Below are positions 39,260 through 52,520 of a DNA stretch of 64,000 nt, piece after piece. Positions within the stretch are counted from its first letter, which is position 1, and every line of letters starts with the position of its first letter. The stretch comes from Vicugna vicugna. Taxonomy: Eukaryota. The notes under the pieces are model-generated. The model saw nothing but the letters and a program-made list of their open reading frames with translations. It ran no database searches and was not told the DNA's origin. Position numbers and translations under genes: made by a program. The stretch is from positions 2,542,909-2,606,908 of the forward strand of contig MU057560.1 in NCBI GenBank assembly GCA_013265495.1, in the 5' to 3' direction.

Positions 39260-39980
39260 AAAAATTGGAGCAACTGAAACACTCATGCGATGCCAGCGGA
39301 AGCGCAAGCACTTGGGTTTATTGAGCACCCTGCGCTGTGACTGCTCACACGTGTGGGTCACAGCCCACAGGTTTACTCCCAGGTGTGCACACAACAGACA
39401 CGCACTGACACACGGAGATGTTCACAGCTCTGTTATTAGAACCCCGACTGGAAACAGTCCCAGCGTCCATCAGCTCCAGAATGGGTGAGTAACTTGGTTA
39501 TGTATTTGCATCTACAACGTGATGTGATGTGTCACGTTCTGTCATGAGATGCAGTGTGATGTGGACGTGGTGTGAACTGAACGGCGTGATGAGCCGTGAC
39601 ATGGCATCACATGGAATCAATCATACGATGTAAGACGCACGACTGAAACAGGACGGGGCACGCAGCCCGCTGCTGCTGAACGAGCAAGAACCTCACAAAG
39701 TGTTGAGCAAGAGAAACTGGGCACAGAAGAGCACGTGTGTCCTGTTTTTACAAAGTTCAAAAGCAGGCACATGAGCCCGGCAGCTAGAAGCCGGCAGAGT
39801 GGTCTCCTTCGGCAGCGGCTGGGCCTGCACTCCTGGGGGCCCCTTAGGTGCCGGTGATTTGGTGCATGACGGGTGGTGGTCACAGGTAGCATTTTGGTGA
39901 TTCTTCGTGTAACCCATCACTATAAATTACACATGCTCACTGTCCTTTATGCTATACTGTGGGTTTTTAAAAAATATGTT
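39260..39980 (+). mobile_element. Old L1 (L1MC/ME) 3' end
   Basis: ggagcaactgaaacactcatgc...ctggaaacagtcccagcgtccatca...aaagttcaaaagcaggca. Confidence 0.7.
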
Positions 39981-41386
39981 TAAATGATTGGGAGAGTCCC
40001 ACCAGTCCGAAGCCCAACAGGACATGAGGCCACTCAGGCCCAGAAGCACCCGGACCATGACAAGCTGCTGGGGAACTTTGCTTCCCTCTGAGGAAGGGGG
40101 GCCGTGGAGAGGAGTGAGCTGAGGAATGGTCTGCTCTGATTTGTATTTCGGGATGATCGTTCTGGCTACTGTGATAAAAATACCCTGCAGGGTGGGATGA
40201 GAAGACAGCAGGAGTGTGAGTGGTGCGTGCATTTCAAATTGTGATACATTTTGGTAAATCGCTGTCTATAGAATCTGCACAAATTTACAGTCTTGCTGGC
40301 ACCTTTCCACGTTGCCCCCTGCACTGTGGGCTCTAAGACCCTGGGTGCTTGTCCGTTTGGTGGGAGGGCGGAACCTTGTCGCGGCTTAGCCGCCATCTCT
40401 GGGGTGGTGGGCGGGGTTCATGTTACCTTCACGCTTCTGAGAGCCACTTGCAGACCTTCCTCTATCAACCGCTTTGCAAATTCTGTGTTTTTGATTTTTA
40501 TACTTTTAATGAAGACTGAGCTTCAGTGACATCCCTAACTCCTAAAACCGCACATCCTGCACCAGATGCAGTATATCCTGCAGCTTCCTGTCCTTACGAG
40601 GGTTTATTTCACTTCTAAGGAAAACAATTTTCTCTCTTTCTTAAAAAATAAAAGATACATAGTGCTTTAAAAAATCCTAATATGCTAAAGTCAATCAACC
40701 CTCCTGCCTCGCTCTTCACAGATAAAAATGCAAAAGATACGTAAGAAAAAAATCAAATAATTTCTATACTGTAACGAAGAGGATTATACTCTGTTGCCTT
40801 GCAGAGAATTTCTTTGAAATTTTCCAGACTTAATTTCAGGTTCAAATGGAAAATTAATACTTTCAAATGTGTAATTTCCATGGGAGTGATTCTCTTTTAG
40901 TAAATAGATAATTTAAGTCACAAAAATACAATAGATAATGTGTCTGCTGAAACCCGGCTTCTCTTACTTAGAGATGGCACATGGCCGTCCTTTCTGGGCT
41001 CAGAGTTGTGCGTGGAGTCAATGATCAAAGCAAGTTTTCTGTCTGTCGTGTTAGAGTCTCGCACTGCACTTCTGGTGTGTGGCACACACCAGAGCTGCAC
41101 ACCTGCCATCAGGCCACTGAAGGAGCTTCTTTGGGGATTCCTGTGATTTGTTGTAAAATTCTAGATCCAGTGCCTCTTTTCAAATTCACTGATACTTGGC
41201 TTTAAATAAAGAACACTTTTCAATGAAGCGTTTGGTTGGCGCTGTTTCCATTAGCCAAGCCAGTTTTACATTTTTCCTGAATTCCTGCAGCATCTGGCAC
41301 AGTTCTGGGTCTAGGTTAACCTGATTAAAATAAAAAACAGATACAATATTACTTTATAATTTCCAAAACACTGTATAAACATGTGC

Positions 41387-41425
41387 CAGTAACGGTGAAA
41401 CAGTATCAGTAACGGTGAAACAGTA
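41387..41425. repeat. 20-bp tandem duplication
   Basis: cagtaacggtgaaacagta occurs twice, exactly. Confidence 0.9.
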
Positions 41426-42037
41426 GCCGGCGCTCAGTGAATACATCAGCTGCGTGCGCTTGACTTACTTCTCCTCCAGTTCGCCGGCTCTTGCAACCTC
41501 GAAGCCTTGTTCGCGTGCATAACAGATTATGCAACTAGCTCTTACTCCCTTACTGAAGATTGTGATGACTTTTAAAAGGGACTTCTAGGTGCCTGTTGAC
41601 CTGGAAATACCATGTTATGTGTGAAAACAAATATCAAATTGACACAGAGCACCAGGAACAATGAAGACTAATCCTGACAAATCACATATGTTAGGCAGAC
41701 GTTCTGAAGATGAAAACTGACACTGTATGAACACTGCTTAGGGTAGCTTTGAAATGAACTTTTAAGTGAGCACATGATAATCTTCATGCTAAATACACAG
41801 CCTTGATAGCATCAAGGCAACGTTCACCTGACCCAAGGACACACAGAGTAAGTGAGGAGATAAAACCCAAGTCCGGAAGCCTTGTCTGAAGTGAGAGGCT
41901 CCTTCTGCTGAACCAAGAATGGCAGCACACTAATTCTTCTGACTCACGATAATGCAGTTGCTAGACCGAGCATTTCTTTTGGAAAGGAAGGCAGCCTATC
42001 CTCCATGGCAAATATAAAGTTATTTCATTCATTAGGT

Positions 42038-42336
42038 TTTTTTTTAACATTTTTTACTGAGTTATAGTTATTTTACAACGTTGTGTTAAATTCCAGTGTA
42101 GAGCACAGTTTTTCAGTTATCCATGAACATACATATATTCATTGTCACATTCTTTTCGCTGTGAGCTACCACAAGATCTCGTATATATTTCCCTGTGCTG
42201 CACAGTATAATCTTGTTTATCTGTTCTACATTCTGAACTCCCAGTCTGTCCCTTCCCACCCCCTGCCCCCTTGGCAACCACAAGTTTGTATTCTATGTCT
42301 GTGAGTCTGTTTCTGTTTTGTATTTACATTTTTTTT
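42038..42336 (-). mobile_element. Camelid-type L1 3' end
   Basis: A poly-T is followed by sequence homologous to 49390-49680. Confidence 0.9.
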
Positions 42337-42374
42337 AAACAAGTAAATGGGAACCCCAACTTGAATCAACTTGA

Positions 42375-42790
42375 ACATTATCCTTATAGACAAGGAGTCC
42401 AGAAGTGGGATGGCTCGGAGTTGGTTAATTCAACATTACAACCATAGAGCTGAGAATTCAGCTTCTCCCTGCACTTCTGCCTGGCCTTCCTCAGGCTGCT
42501 GGGTCACCTCTCAGCTGAACTGCGACCGTGAGTACAAGAAGGTGGTCACCCCAGTGCGTCCAGACTGACTGCGTCCTCCAGAAGCGTAAGGAAGAGCCAG
42601 TGCCCCTTGCGTCTCTCAGAGGGAACACGGGCTCGTATCCCTTTAGAACAGCCCGTCAGGCTCCTCTCAGATGTGATCGGCCGCAGGTGTGCCACACGCC
42701 GTGCCACACGCTCACGCCCAAACCTGGCCCTGGCTTAAATCAAGGAGGAAGCTACACCCCCAGCAAAATCAGGGCTCCACTCCCAACAAA
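42375..42790 (-). mobile_element. Old MLT1 (J/K/L-like) LTR fragment
   Basis: acaaggagtccagaagtggg...ggagttggttaattcaac resembles older MLT1 LTRs in antisense. Confidence 0.45.
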
Positions 42791-44591
42791 GCGTGAGGAA
42801 AGGCTGCTGGGGACAGCCAGCGGCAGCTCTGCGGTCCTCCACTTCCGCGTAGGCCGTCCTCGCGGTGAGGGTCGTGTGTCTCTTTTCCCCAGAGGAACAC
42901 CAATGTCGTATTTTAAATGTAAAGTTTACCCTTGATTTATAACTTTCCTCGCCCTTCAAAGTTTGAGTCCTATAAGCCCTTGCGGAAAAGAACGCGAGTG
43001 CCACGCCGGCTGGAGGTTTGTGCTAAGAGGGGGCTCGCCTGTGGCTGGGACCCCAGGCAGCAGGTGTGGTCGTGCGCCCAACCCCTCCTCCCACGGGCCG
43101 CTCCCTGGGGCCTTCCTGACTACAGCAGGAGACTTCACAGTGAGCCTGCACGGGACGCGAGGTTTCTGCTGTTAGAACGGAGCCTTCCTTCTCCTGACAA
43201 GGCTGGAAAAGGCGCAGCTGGAACCACGAGGATCAACACACACAGACTCGGGAAGTGGGTGAAGACTCTCCACGCACAGGGCAGAAACCTTGTCAAACCT
43301 GGAGGCGGCGGAGGGCGGTCGGACTCCTAGAGCGTCACGGTCAGGCGGGAGAACAATCAGAGAAAGTGGTAGCTCTCCTTCGGCCCCTCCTTCGGAGGGG
43401 CCCGGAAACGTCCGTCAGGAGCTGGGCCACCACGGGGGCGGCCCCCCAGGCCACGCAGGGGCTAAGACAGGCTTGTGAGGAGAGACGAGAGGCGGCAGTG
43501 GTGCAGGCGACCCCAGGGACGAGGCGTCTTGGTCGGCTCCCTGGGCGCATGTCGTGGGCGTTCTCCCCAGAGGAGACTCTGGCCTGACTCCCCAGCCCTG
43601 AGAAGCAGCGCCATCAACCCTCTGGTTCCCAGCTAGCGAGGAGCCGGCAGGGGGAACAGCGTGGAGTAGCCCGCAGCTCCCTCAGCACCCTCTTCGGACT
43701 CCGCTGCCCCGTTGCACTCTCGGTTGCTTCTCCGACCTCACCCTCTGGCCGTTAGAACCTATGAAGACCTGCCCGGATACCTGCTCTCCTTCCAGAAGCT
43801 CCCAGTCTCCCCGCACCCCCGCAACCTGCACTTCTCTCCCCAGGGTTTCTCAGCCTTAGTCCTACCAACACCTGGGGCCCGACAGCTCTCCACTGTCAGG
43901 GGCTCTCCTGTGCGCCCGGGGGTGTTTGTCAGCGTCTATGGCCTCCACCCACCTGAAGCCAGTCCCCCGCCTCCTGTGGCCTCCAGGAGTGAGGGCAGAC
44001 ATTGCCAAACTCCCCCCGAGGGATGGTGGTCCCTGACTGGAGCCACAGCTGTGGGGAGGTCACACCTCCTCCCAGCCCTCCTGGATTTGCCTTCCCTGAC
44101 ACACAACATAACAGCCCATTCGTATCACTATCTCCCTCTTCTAAGCAAAAGCCAAACACAAATGGACAAGCAAACAAGAAAACAAACAAAAAACAAAAGC
44201 AAGAACAAAACCTTAAAAAAGAAATTGACACAGCTTCACATGTTTTATTTTGTCATTCATTCGTCCAGAACTGGATTTATTTTTCCAGTTTTGGATAAAA
44301 TAGAAGTCCCAGCCACAGTTACTTCCCTGTCTAGTCTTTAAGACTAGACATTACGCTCCCTGGAAAGGTGAATTAATCTTGTGACTAGCTCACTTCGTTA
44401 AAATTCTTTAAGACAAAGAAATGACTTTTTTTTTAACTCCCAAAGGACAGTGTTTCAACAGCAGTGTTGGCAGCTTAACTGTACCCCCAAGAAAAACTTT
44501 GCTTAAACCAGTGACTTGACTGTAAAACACGCTCCTTGAAAGAAGGAGGTGGTGGTCAGACATCAACTCAAAACCTGGAAGGTCGCAAACA

Positions 44592-45228
44592 TGTTACCAA
44601 ATCAAACTCAGGTCCATCCCCTGGTGCGCAGCGAAGCCAAGCTACCGACGGCAGGTTGTGGTGGAGCAAAGTGCGCTCGTCACGGCAGGTGCCAGACGAG
44701 GAGTCCGGGAAGCTAACCGTCAGAAGACCTGACCTGCCCGGTGGGCTTCAGGGGGAGGGTTTTAAAGACACGCTGAGGGAGGGAGGCCGGCCGTGGGGTG
44801 TGTGGTCAGCTCGCAGACTCTCTTCTGATTGGCTGGTGGCGAGGTCATGGGGAGTCAGCGCCATCAACCCTCTGGTTCCACGCAGTCTGGGGTCCACTTG
44901 TGCTCGTGGGCAGCACAGAGCAAATGTCTGCCTGTGCGGTCGGTCACAGTGTCCGCAAAACAGCTCAAAGACACGGCTCCGAATGTGACCTACAGCCCTT
45001 GAGGGAGAACTAAACATCCTCGACTTCACTTTATGGCTGAACTATCATTGTTTTGTCTTGCTCGCCTCTTTCCCTTCGCTTCTGAGCTTTCTCACTTCTC
45101 TGATTATGTTTGTTCTTTGGAACGTGAGGGGGGCCTGGGAGGCTAAAGCTTTCCTACAAACAAGAGGCAGGCAGAGGATGAGGGACAGTCTGTCCCGGGA
45201 GGGACCCACAGGGTCCTGCTCGGTTACA
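44592..45228 (-). mobile_element. Complete ERV1-class solo LTR (637 bp)
   Basis: TGTTAC...GTTACA termini and a perfect 4-bp TSD AACA (44588-44591 and 45229-45232). ctgattggct gives a CCAAT box on the minus strand. Confidence 0.85.
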
Positions 45229-45308
45229 AACACGGCCCTTAAGGGAGCTTATGGGAGTATTTCACTGAGGAAGCGGTTACTTTTCTGTCCCTCCTTCACA
45301 CCCTCAAA

Positions 45309-45391
45309 AATGAAAAGAAAAGAAAAGAAAAGAAAAGAAAAGGAAAGGAAAGGAAAGGAAAGAAAAGGAAAGGAAAGAAAAGAAAAAGAAA
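45309..45391. repeat. (GAAAA)n/(GGAAA)n pentamer microsatellite
   Basis: Directly visible in the sequence. Confidence 0.95.
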
Positions 45392-46447
45392 GCATTGTCT
45401 TTAACAATCCCCTTACATACTTCCTCAGCATGCATCCTCCTTACGAGGCCATGGACGGGGTTTATTTCTATCCTTGTCAGCTGAGGGGGAACCAGGACCA
45501 GAAGAAAGCCCGACACTGACACTGGAGGCCCAGCGGGTTCGAATGCCCAAGACCAGGGGCCGGAGCAAGAACACCAGGTGCGAAGGGGGAGGCACGGAGT
45601 CCTGCCATTTGGGGAAAGTGGGAGCAGAAGGCAAGATGGAATCCATCAAAAAGATTAAGGTCAGGTTCTGAAAAACAACTGAACTGCAACCATCCCTTAC
45701 TCTCTGTGAAAGCTGGTCTAAGGGGTAGGTACCAGTGGTCACCTTGGGGGAAACAAGGTGGGAAGAAGGGAGGAAGTAAAACCAGGAGGCAGAGGAAGCG
45801 GTGGGAGGTGGCGCCGACTGGTGGGCCAGCGGCACCACGGTGAGAGTGCAGCGGGCCCGCAGCGAGGGGCTTGCTGGGCTCTGGGAAAACACTAGACATT
45901 TACACGAACAACCTTGTATACTTTGGGGGTGCTTTACACTTAAACAGCATTATATGGTCACAGCTGCTAGTCTTAATCTCATTTTAGACTCACGGGAATA
46001 GGACAATTTCTAGCCTCCAGAAGTTGGAAAAAGCAAATGAATTGTTTAAGAAAAAAATTTAAAAATCAAACAAAATATAGAAAGTCACAAGGCAATGAAT
46101 GTTTTACAGCAATTGCAAAAACAAAGGGCATGATTTTGAAGAGGAAGCTGAGCGCTCCTCACCGCCCGGCGTGGCGCGTCGGCTGCCTGGAGCTGAAGGA
46201 AGCATCGGTTAATGCCTCGTTTAATACTCACAAAGCCCCTGGGGTAATCCCCGCCTCACACCACAGGTGAGGCAGTTGATGGGATTAGCCACGGACTGAG
46301 ATGATGCCGGGGCTCAGACCTGCATCCCGTCTCTGTCCTTAGCCAGGACTGCTCATCTCAAGAGGCACTTTCCTCACCAGTGCCGTTTCCCTGTTGCATG
46401 CACTCTACTCCTTTAGGGGGCAGGGATGAGGTATGCACCAAGCCTAC

Positions 46448-47060
46448 TATTTTAAAATTTCAGCTGAACATGCATGTGTCAAAAGCACACAGATCCAGAG
46501 TACGCAGTTCAGTGAACGCACCCAGGTGACTACGCCCATGTGGACACCACCAAGGTCATGAGGCAGGACGCTGCCAGCACCCCAGCCCACCTCGCACCAC
46601 CTTCCCCAGGGCGCCCTTCTCCTGGAAGGTGGCCACCGTTCTGACTCCTTGAATCGCACAGGAGTTCAAAAGCCAAAAGTGAGTAACTTCTGCAAAATGA
46701 ACCATCACGCGTCCATTCCTCTCACCCGGCTTCCTGTGCGCCGCGTTCTCTGTGGGAGGTGCACCTCTCGCGTTTGTGTCGCTACGCTGAGCGCAGCACG
46801 GTCTGCTTGGCGGGGGGACCTCAGCTTGTGTGCCTGTTCTGTTTTGCAAAGACGTTTGGTGGAAGTCAGGTTGGGGCTAAGTCAGGTTCTCCTACGATCA
46901 CTCTTCTTATTTCTCGGATGAGCATCTGTTCCCACCTGGCTGGGAAGTGGGGAGTGTGTCTATGCACAGTTTCAGGTAGATTCTGCTAGTTTCCCGACGT
47001 GTGTCCAGAGCACCTCAGCCGTAGCTCACTTACTGTGCTTGCCGTTTGGTTTTTATCACA
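46448..47060 (-). mobile_element. Old L1 (L1MD/ME) 3' end
   Basis: aaaagcacacagatccagagtacgcagttcagtgaac...caccaccaaggtca...ccaccgttctgactc. Confidence 0.65.
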
Positions 47061-47771
47061 CGCCACGCCACCTCCATCCTCGTCCTGCGTCCTGGGGCCT
47101 GTGGACCAGCCCTTCTGCCCTGCGTGTGTGGCGGAGCTGCACTGCGAATTATCACTGACGGGCCAGCAATCCTCTAGGGCGTCAGCACGCGCGAGCCTCC
47201 CGCTGGCCTGTGCCCTTACCCACCTTCCTGGCGGCAGTTCACTCCCCTTCATGGCTCCACCTCCCTGGTCGTCTGGGGCCATCTCTTGTCGTGGCTCCCA
47301 GCATAGACTCTGGCGCTGGAGTGCTCGGGTGGAAGCCAAGTTTGCCACTAACCCAGTGCTTTAATCCTAACCAGTTTCTCATATAAGCATGGAAGTGAAG
47401 ATGGTGAAAAGAACACACAGCTGCTGGAGAGACAAACTAATGAGGACACCACGTCCTGGCATGCAGGAGATGAGGTATGAAGTTAAATCTGCTTGTATTA
47501 TTCCGACATATCTCCACTTAAACAAAGCAGACATTCCATGTAGATGCTCAATAAAAGTGTGTTTAGTGTGGTTCCCCTGCTGTTTCTCAATGGATCAACT
47601 TTAGCCGCTTTCTATCAAGTTTACTTTTTAGTTGATGAGGACGCTGCAGTCTCGCATCATTATCACTGTGTCTCTCTGCCCACATGGTTATATAATAATT
47701 CCTAATAAATTGGTGGATGTTGACTACACTGCACGTCAACACTGATCACATCACGTGCTGATGGAATGACG

Positions 47772-48187
47772 TGCTCTCGTCTCCTAGGGCTGCTATAAAA
47801 ATGACCACAAACCAGGTGGCTTAAAGCAACAGGAACGTACTGTCCCATAATTCTGGCGGCCAGAAGCCCTAAATCGAAGTGCCAGCAGCTCCCACTTCCC
47901 CTGAAACCCATAGGGGGTCCACTGCCTCTTTCTGGGCTCTGGCAATTTGCTGGCGACCTTTGGAATCCGTGTCTGCAGCTGCGTTGACTCCTGTCTCCCA
48001 GGAGTTCTCTCTGCCTGTCTTCTCTTCTCGTAAAGATACCAGTCGTGTTGGAAGGGTCCATCCTAGTGACTTCATCTTAACTCGATTACGTCTCCAAAGG
48101 GTCTGTTTCCAAGTAAGGTCACATTCATATGGACCAGACCTAGGGTTCTGCCAGGTCTGTGCAGGGGACACCGCACAGCCCACAGCA
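47772..48187 (-). mobile_element. MLT1 (B/C/D-like) MaLR LTR
   Basis: tcctagggctgctataaaaatgaccacaaaccaggtggcttaaagcaacag...tttccaagtaaggtcacattc...ggggacaccgcacagcccacagca. Antisense homolog of 27626-28612. Confidence 0.85.
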
Positions 48188-48349
48188 CAACTATGTAGAC
48201 TTTCTGTGGTAGACACTAGTAGACACCTACACTAGTAGTCACCTACGCCTACGCTATTTCTTCCATATTTTTTTTAATTCTTTTCTCAAGGATCCCAGGC
48301 TGTACCATACTTGTAATATTTTCTGCCAAATGACCTGTTGTAGCAAATG

Positions 48350-48432
48350 CAGTCGCCCCTCTGTCCCCATGGGGCTGGTTCCAGGACCCCCGTCACACCG
48401 CAGTCTGTGGGTGCTTGAGCCCCTTGTATAAA
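48350..48432 (+). mobile_element. MER2-like (TcMar-Tigger) fragment
   Basis: cagtcgcccctctgtccccatggggctggttccaggaccccc...gtgcttgagccccttgtataaa matches the MER2 left end. Confidence 0.7.
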
Positions 48433-49284
48433 GCAGAGCAGTAGAGCCAGCCCCTGCATCCAGGGATCTGGGTTGAGAACGGTCCTTTCCTGAGCACTCC
48501 TTCTCCAGGGCTTTCTGCTCTCCTTCCCCCACCACACAGCTGTTGTCTGCCCCACGACACTGCTGACACGCAGACGCTCAGCTTACGTGCCCCGGCGCTG
48601 GGCGGTGTTTCCTGCAGTCGGTACCTCGCTTGTCCTTGACTTTCTCTCACCTGCCTTTGAAGTACACTCTCTGTAATCTACCAGAGGAAGAGCATGTGAT
48701 GGTCAGGTTTCCCGAATCCTTGAATTTTTCTTTTTTTTTTTTAGTTTTGACTCAGCAGATTGTGTCTTTTTTTAAGTAACTATAGGAATGAAACTGAGTA
48801 ATTTTAACATAACAGAACTTTTAAATTTCTGATCTATGGTCACAGATGACAGATTCAAAATTGATGAGAAACTTGCTCCTGACATAACAGATGGTGTCTA
48901 TTGGACTGTCTGGTGGGCAACTTGACTTTAAAAGAAACTGAAAACTCAAATTGCTCATATCAATACTTAAAAAAAATTGAAGTGTGGTTCACTTACAATA
49001 AATTACAGGTATACAATGCAGTGTGGATCCCTGAATTTTTGAAAATTCTTTTACTCTATGTATTTCACAGTCATTTGATAACCTGGCTAGGTATAAAATT
49101 CTGCATGGTAATATTTTTCCCGTCAGAATGTGAAGGTAAGTCTTTGCTATCATCTCGCATGGATGACTTCCTTAACGAGGCCAAGGCCCTTCCAATTTGT
49201 GACCTCTTCCATAGATTTGAATTTTTTCACCTTTCTTTCCGTGGAAGTCTTTAGTAAACCCTTTTCTACTTTTTCCATTGCTAG

Positions 49285-49285
<1 letters not shown>

Positions 49286-49318
<33 letters not shown>
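49286..49318. repeat. (GT)n microsatellite
   Basis: About 16 perfect GT units. Confidence 0.95.
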
Positions 49319-49320
<2 letters not shown>

Positions 49321-49385
49321 TAGAGAATTGAGACAGAGAATTGTTTAATGTGACTTCTCATATTTTTAATTTTAATAGCTGTTTC

Positions 49386-50270
49386 TTTTTTTAACATTTT
49401 TTATTGATTTATAATCATTTTACAATGTTGTGTCAAATTCCAGTGTTCAGCACAATTTTTCAGTCATTCATGGACATATACACACTCATTGTCACATTTT
49501 TTTCTCTGTGAGTTATCATAACATTTTGTGTATATTTCCCTGTGCTATACAGTGTAATCTTGTTTATCTATTCTACAATTTTGAAATCCCAGTCTATCCC
49601 TTCCCACCCTCTACCACCCCCCCGGTAACCACAAGTCTGTATTCTCTGTCCATGAGTCTATTTCTGTCCTGTATTTATGCTTTGTTTTTGTTTGTTTGTT
49701 TTTGTTTTTTAGATTCCACATATGAGCGATCTCATATGGTATTTTTCTTTCTCTTTCTGGCTTACTTCACTTAGAATGACATTCTCCAGGAGCATCCATG
49801 TTGCTGCAAATGGCATTATGTTGTCGGTTTTTATGGCTGAGTAGTATTCCATTGTATAAATATACCACCTCTTCTTTATCCACTCACCTGTTGATGGACA
49901 TTTAGGCCGTTTCCATGTTTTGGCTATTGTAAATAGTGCTGCTATGAATATTGGAGTGCAGGTGTCATCCTGAAGTAGATTTCCTTCTGGATACAAGCCC
50001 AGGAGTGGGATTCCTGGGTCATATGGTAAGTCTATTCCTAGTCTTTTGAGGAATCTCCACACTGTTTTCCACAGTGGCTGCACCAAACTGCATTCCCACC
50101 AGCAGTGTAGGAGGGTTCCCCTTTCTCCACAGCCTCTCCAGCATTTGTCATTTTTGGATTTTTGAATGACGGCCATTCTGACTGGTGTGAGGTGATATCT
50201 CATTGTAGTTTTGATTTGCATTTCTCTGATAATTAGTGATATTGAGCATTTTTTCATGTGCTTTTTGATC
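49386..50270 (-). mobile_element. Young 5'-truncated camelid L1 with an uninterrupted ORF2 C-terminus
   Basis: ORF 49709-50299 reads [30 protein letters not shown]...[18 protein letters not shown]...[13 protein letters not shown], the L1 ORF2 cysteine-rich C-terminus. It is followed by the 3' UTR and tail. Confidence 0.97.
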
Positions 50271-51689
50271 CTTGGCTGCTTAACATCACTGGAGAGCAAT
50301 TGGGCTGGGGGGGTGGTGTGGGGAGCCCGTGCATTTTAGGACTGTGAACGCACTTTGATGGAACAGGCGCTACGTGATTTCCCCAGAGAACTGCCTTCAG
50401 TCTCTTGCCTGGGTGTACACGCCTGGGGGGTGTGTTCTAGGAGTTAAAATACTAATTGTCCTTGGGTGTGTCTTTAATGTAAGATTTAAAGACCACCCTA
50501 TTCTCAGGGCCTCAGTCTACTTCCCTGTAAAGTAAACCTACATTCTCTTCTCCAGAGACATGGGTGAGGCCGAGAGGAGGCTGGTCAGCATGGTGCTGAA
50601 GGCATCGGGTCGGGAAGGGTAACCAAGGGCACGGCTGCTCCACGCATGGACGCCCCACCAGCGCGCCTGCCCGTGGCTTTCCTGCTCAGCCCCGCACCTC
50701 CGTGCTGCCAATGACCAGCGCTTCCTGCCACCTCGGAGGTTCTGCTTGGCCCGTCAGCTTGCTCCCCTTTGACATCAGCCTACACAGGTGTGTTATTTGT
50801 GGCTTCCTCCTTCCTGCTAAATAAATGATGTCTTCTCCATCCACATTTTTCCATTTTTCCTTCATCCTTTTGGTTGCTATGGATTTCAAGATTTTTTTTT
50901 TTCTAATTCCCCACTATTTTAGGAAGAAGGATATGTAAATACATGGGGCCGATCCACCATCATTAACCAGAAAACTCAACTAAGGTTTATCTTTAATTTG
51001 ACTGGAATGTGTTTTAGCTCATGGTGTGAGGGGAAGACCTGCATTTTATTTGTTTGTTCGTCTGCTTCATTTCAAATAACCACCCACTTCCACCAGCAGC
51101 ACTTGTGGAACAAGGCTCTGCTTTCTCAGTGACAAATGAGGCTTCTCTTAAAATGTTGTGAGCTCTGTAATACGCGCTAGACCCTGTTTCAGAGCTTTCT
51201 CCTTCTCTTTTTAATAGCATTGTTTTCTTTCTCGGTATTAAAATTGTACTATTTTAAGCTTTGAAAAATATAGAAAAATTACAACAAAGAATATAAAAAC
51301 TCCCCTCTTCCCACTCCTCTGTGTTTATCTTTCCCAGGATTCTAATGCACATATGCACAATTTAAACATAAAACTGGAACTTGTCGCATGTATTATTGGG
51401 CAATCCTCCTTAGTCACTTAACACTAGATAGTAAACACTTTCTTTCTGCATTCATTATTTTTTACAACATGCTTTCTAATTGCTTACGAGTATTGTATTG
51501 TAACTCTGCCATCATTTGCTTCTTTAAATAGTTTGCCAACACTGGGTACTATGTAAATTTTAAGTTGTCCACTTCCAGTTCAAAATGGATCCTTCCTTTT
51601 AAGTTGCATTTTTGAATGGCTTGTCAATGAACTTTTTCCCTTAATAAAATGACTATGCTTCAATAAAAAAGAAAGAAAGAAAGGTTCAA

Positions 51690-52520
51690 GAAAAGGTCAC
51701 TTTGAAACTGTGAAGGATGAACTGGAAAGGAGACAGACCAGAGGCAGGAGAGCACGGTGTACGGTATTGGTGCAGGCGAGGTGAGAAATGGCAAGGTCCA
51801 CATAAAGTCATGGCGGACGGCATCGCAAGAAAGGAGAGCAGTTCATACGCAAAGGAAAGGGGGGCAGGTCTTGACGATCAAGGGACCAGGAAATAGATTA
51901 TAGAAAGTAGAGGGGGAAATTCTAGGACAAACTCCGGGCTTTTCATTTTAATAACAAATGAGTGATGTTTCTGTTTACAGGAGGAGATGGGTACAGGGCA
52001 ACACTAATTAGCCTCTTCAGGTGCTTGTCTTAATGCGCACAGTGCACACCCAGGTGGAAGCGTCCTGAGGCCCGCCAGGAGGCTGCGTCTAAAAGTTTAA
52101 TACAGCAATCCAGAGCACACGTGAATCTTTGGGATTTGCAGCCTGGAGGTGGTGAGTGAAGCTACAGGTGGATACAATCACATACGATGTGTGTAGCCCA
52201 GGAGGGTATATAAAAGCGCAGACTCAGTCTGGAGAACGTCTGCAAATAACTGGCAGTGGGGGTGAGCAGCGGAGGGAAAAGCAGGCATCCCCTGAGAATG
52301 GGGATCTAGAAAGAAGGAGAGAACCCAGGGAGGAGGAAACGACAAAGCGCCGGAGGCAGGGAAGGCTGGCGCTCCCGCGGGGGGCTTCCCTCCTCGGGGC
52401 ATCTGTGACCTTGGGGAGGGCGCAGCCGCACAGCGTGGGGAAGGAGCCACAGGGCCTTCAGTGCTGGCTTTTGTTTTGGTTTTAAGTGACTTGAAGATTT
52501 TTTCACAGAGGAAGAAGCAG
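51690..52520 (-). mobile_element. L2 fragment
   Basis: Purine-rich, with antisense L2-like motifs (gtgaaggatgaactggaaaggagacagaccagaggcaggag; cccaggtggaagcgtcc). Confidence 0.6.

Noticed and set aside
41516..41533. Inverted repeat TGCATAA-caga-TTATGCA (POU-like)
   Set aside because: Arms of 7 bp are expected by chance in 64 kb.
49709..50299. 196-aa CDS
   Set aside because: It is a truncated L1 ORF2 C-terminus whose apparent start lies outside the element.
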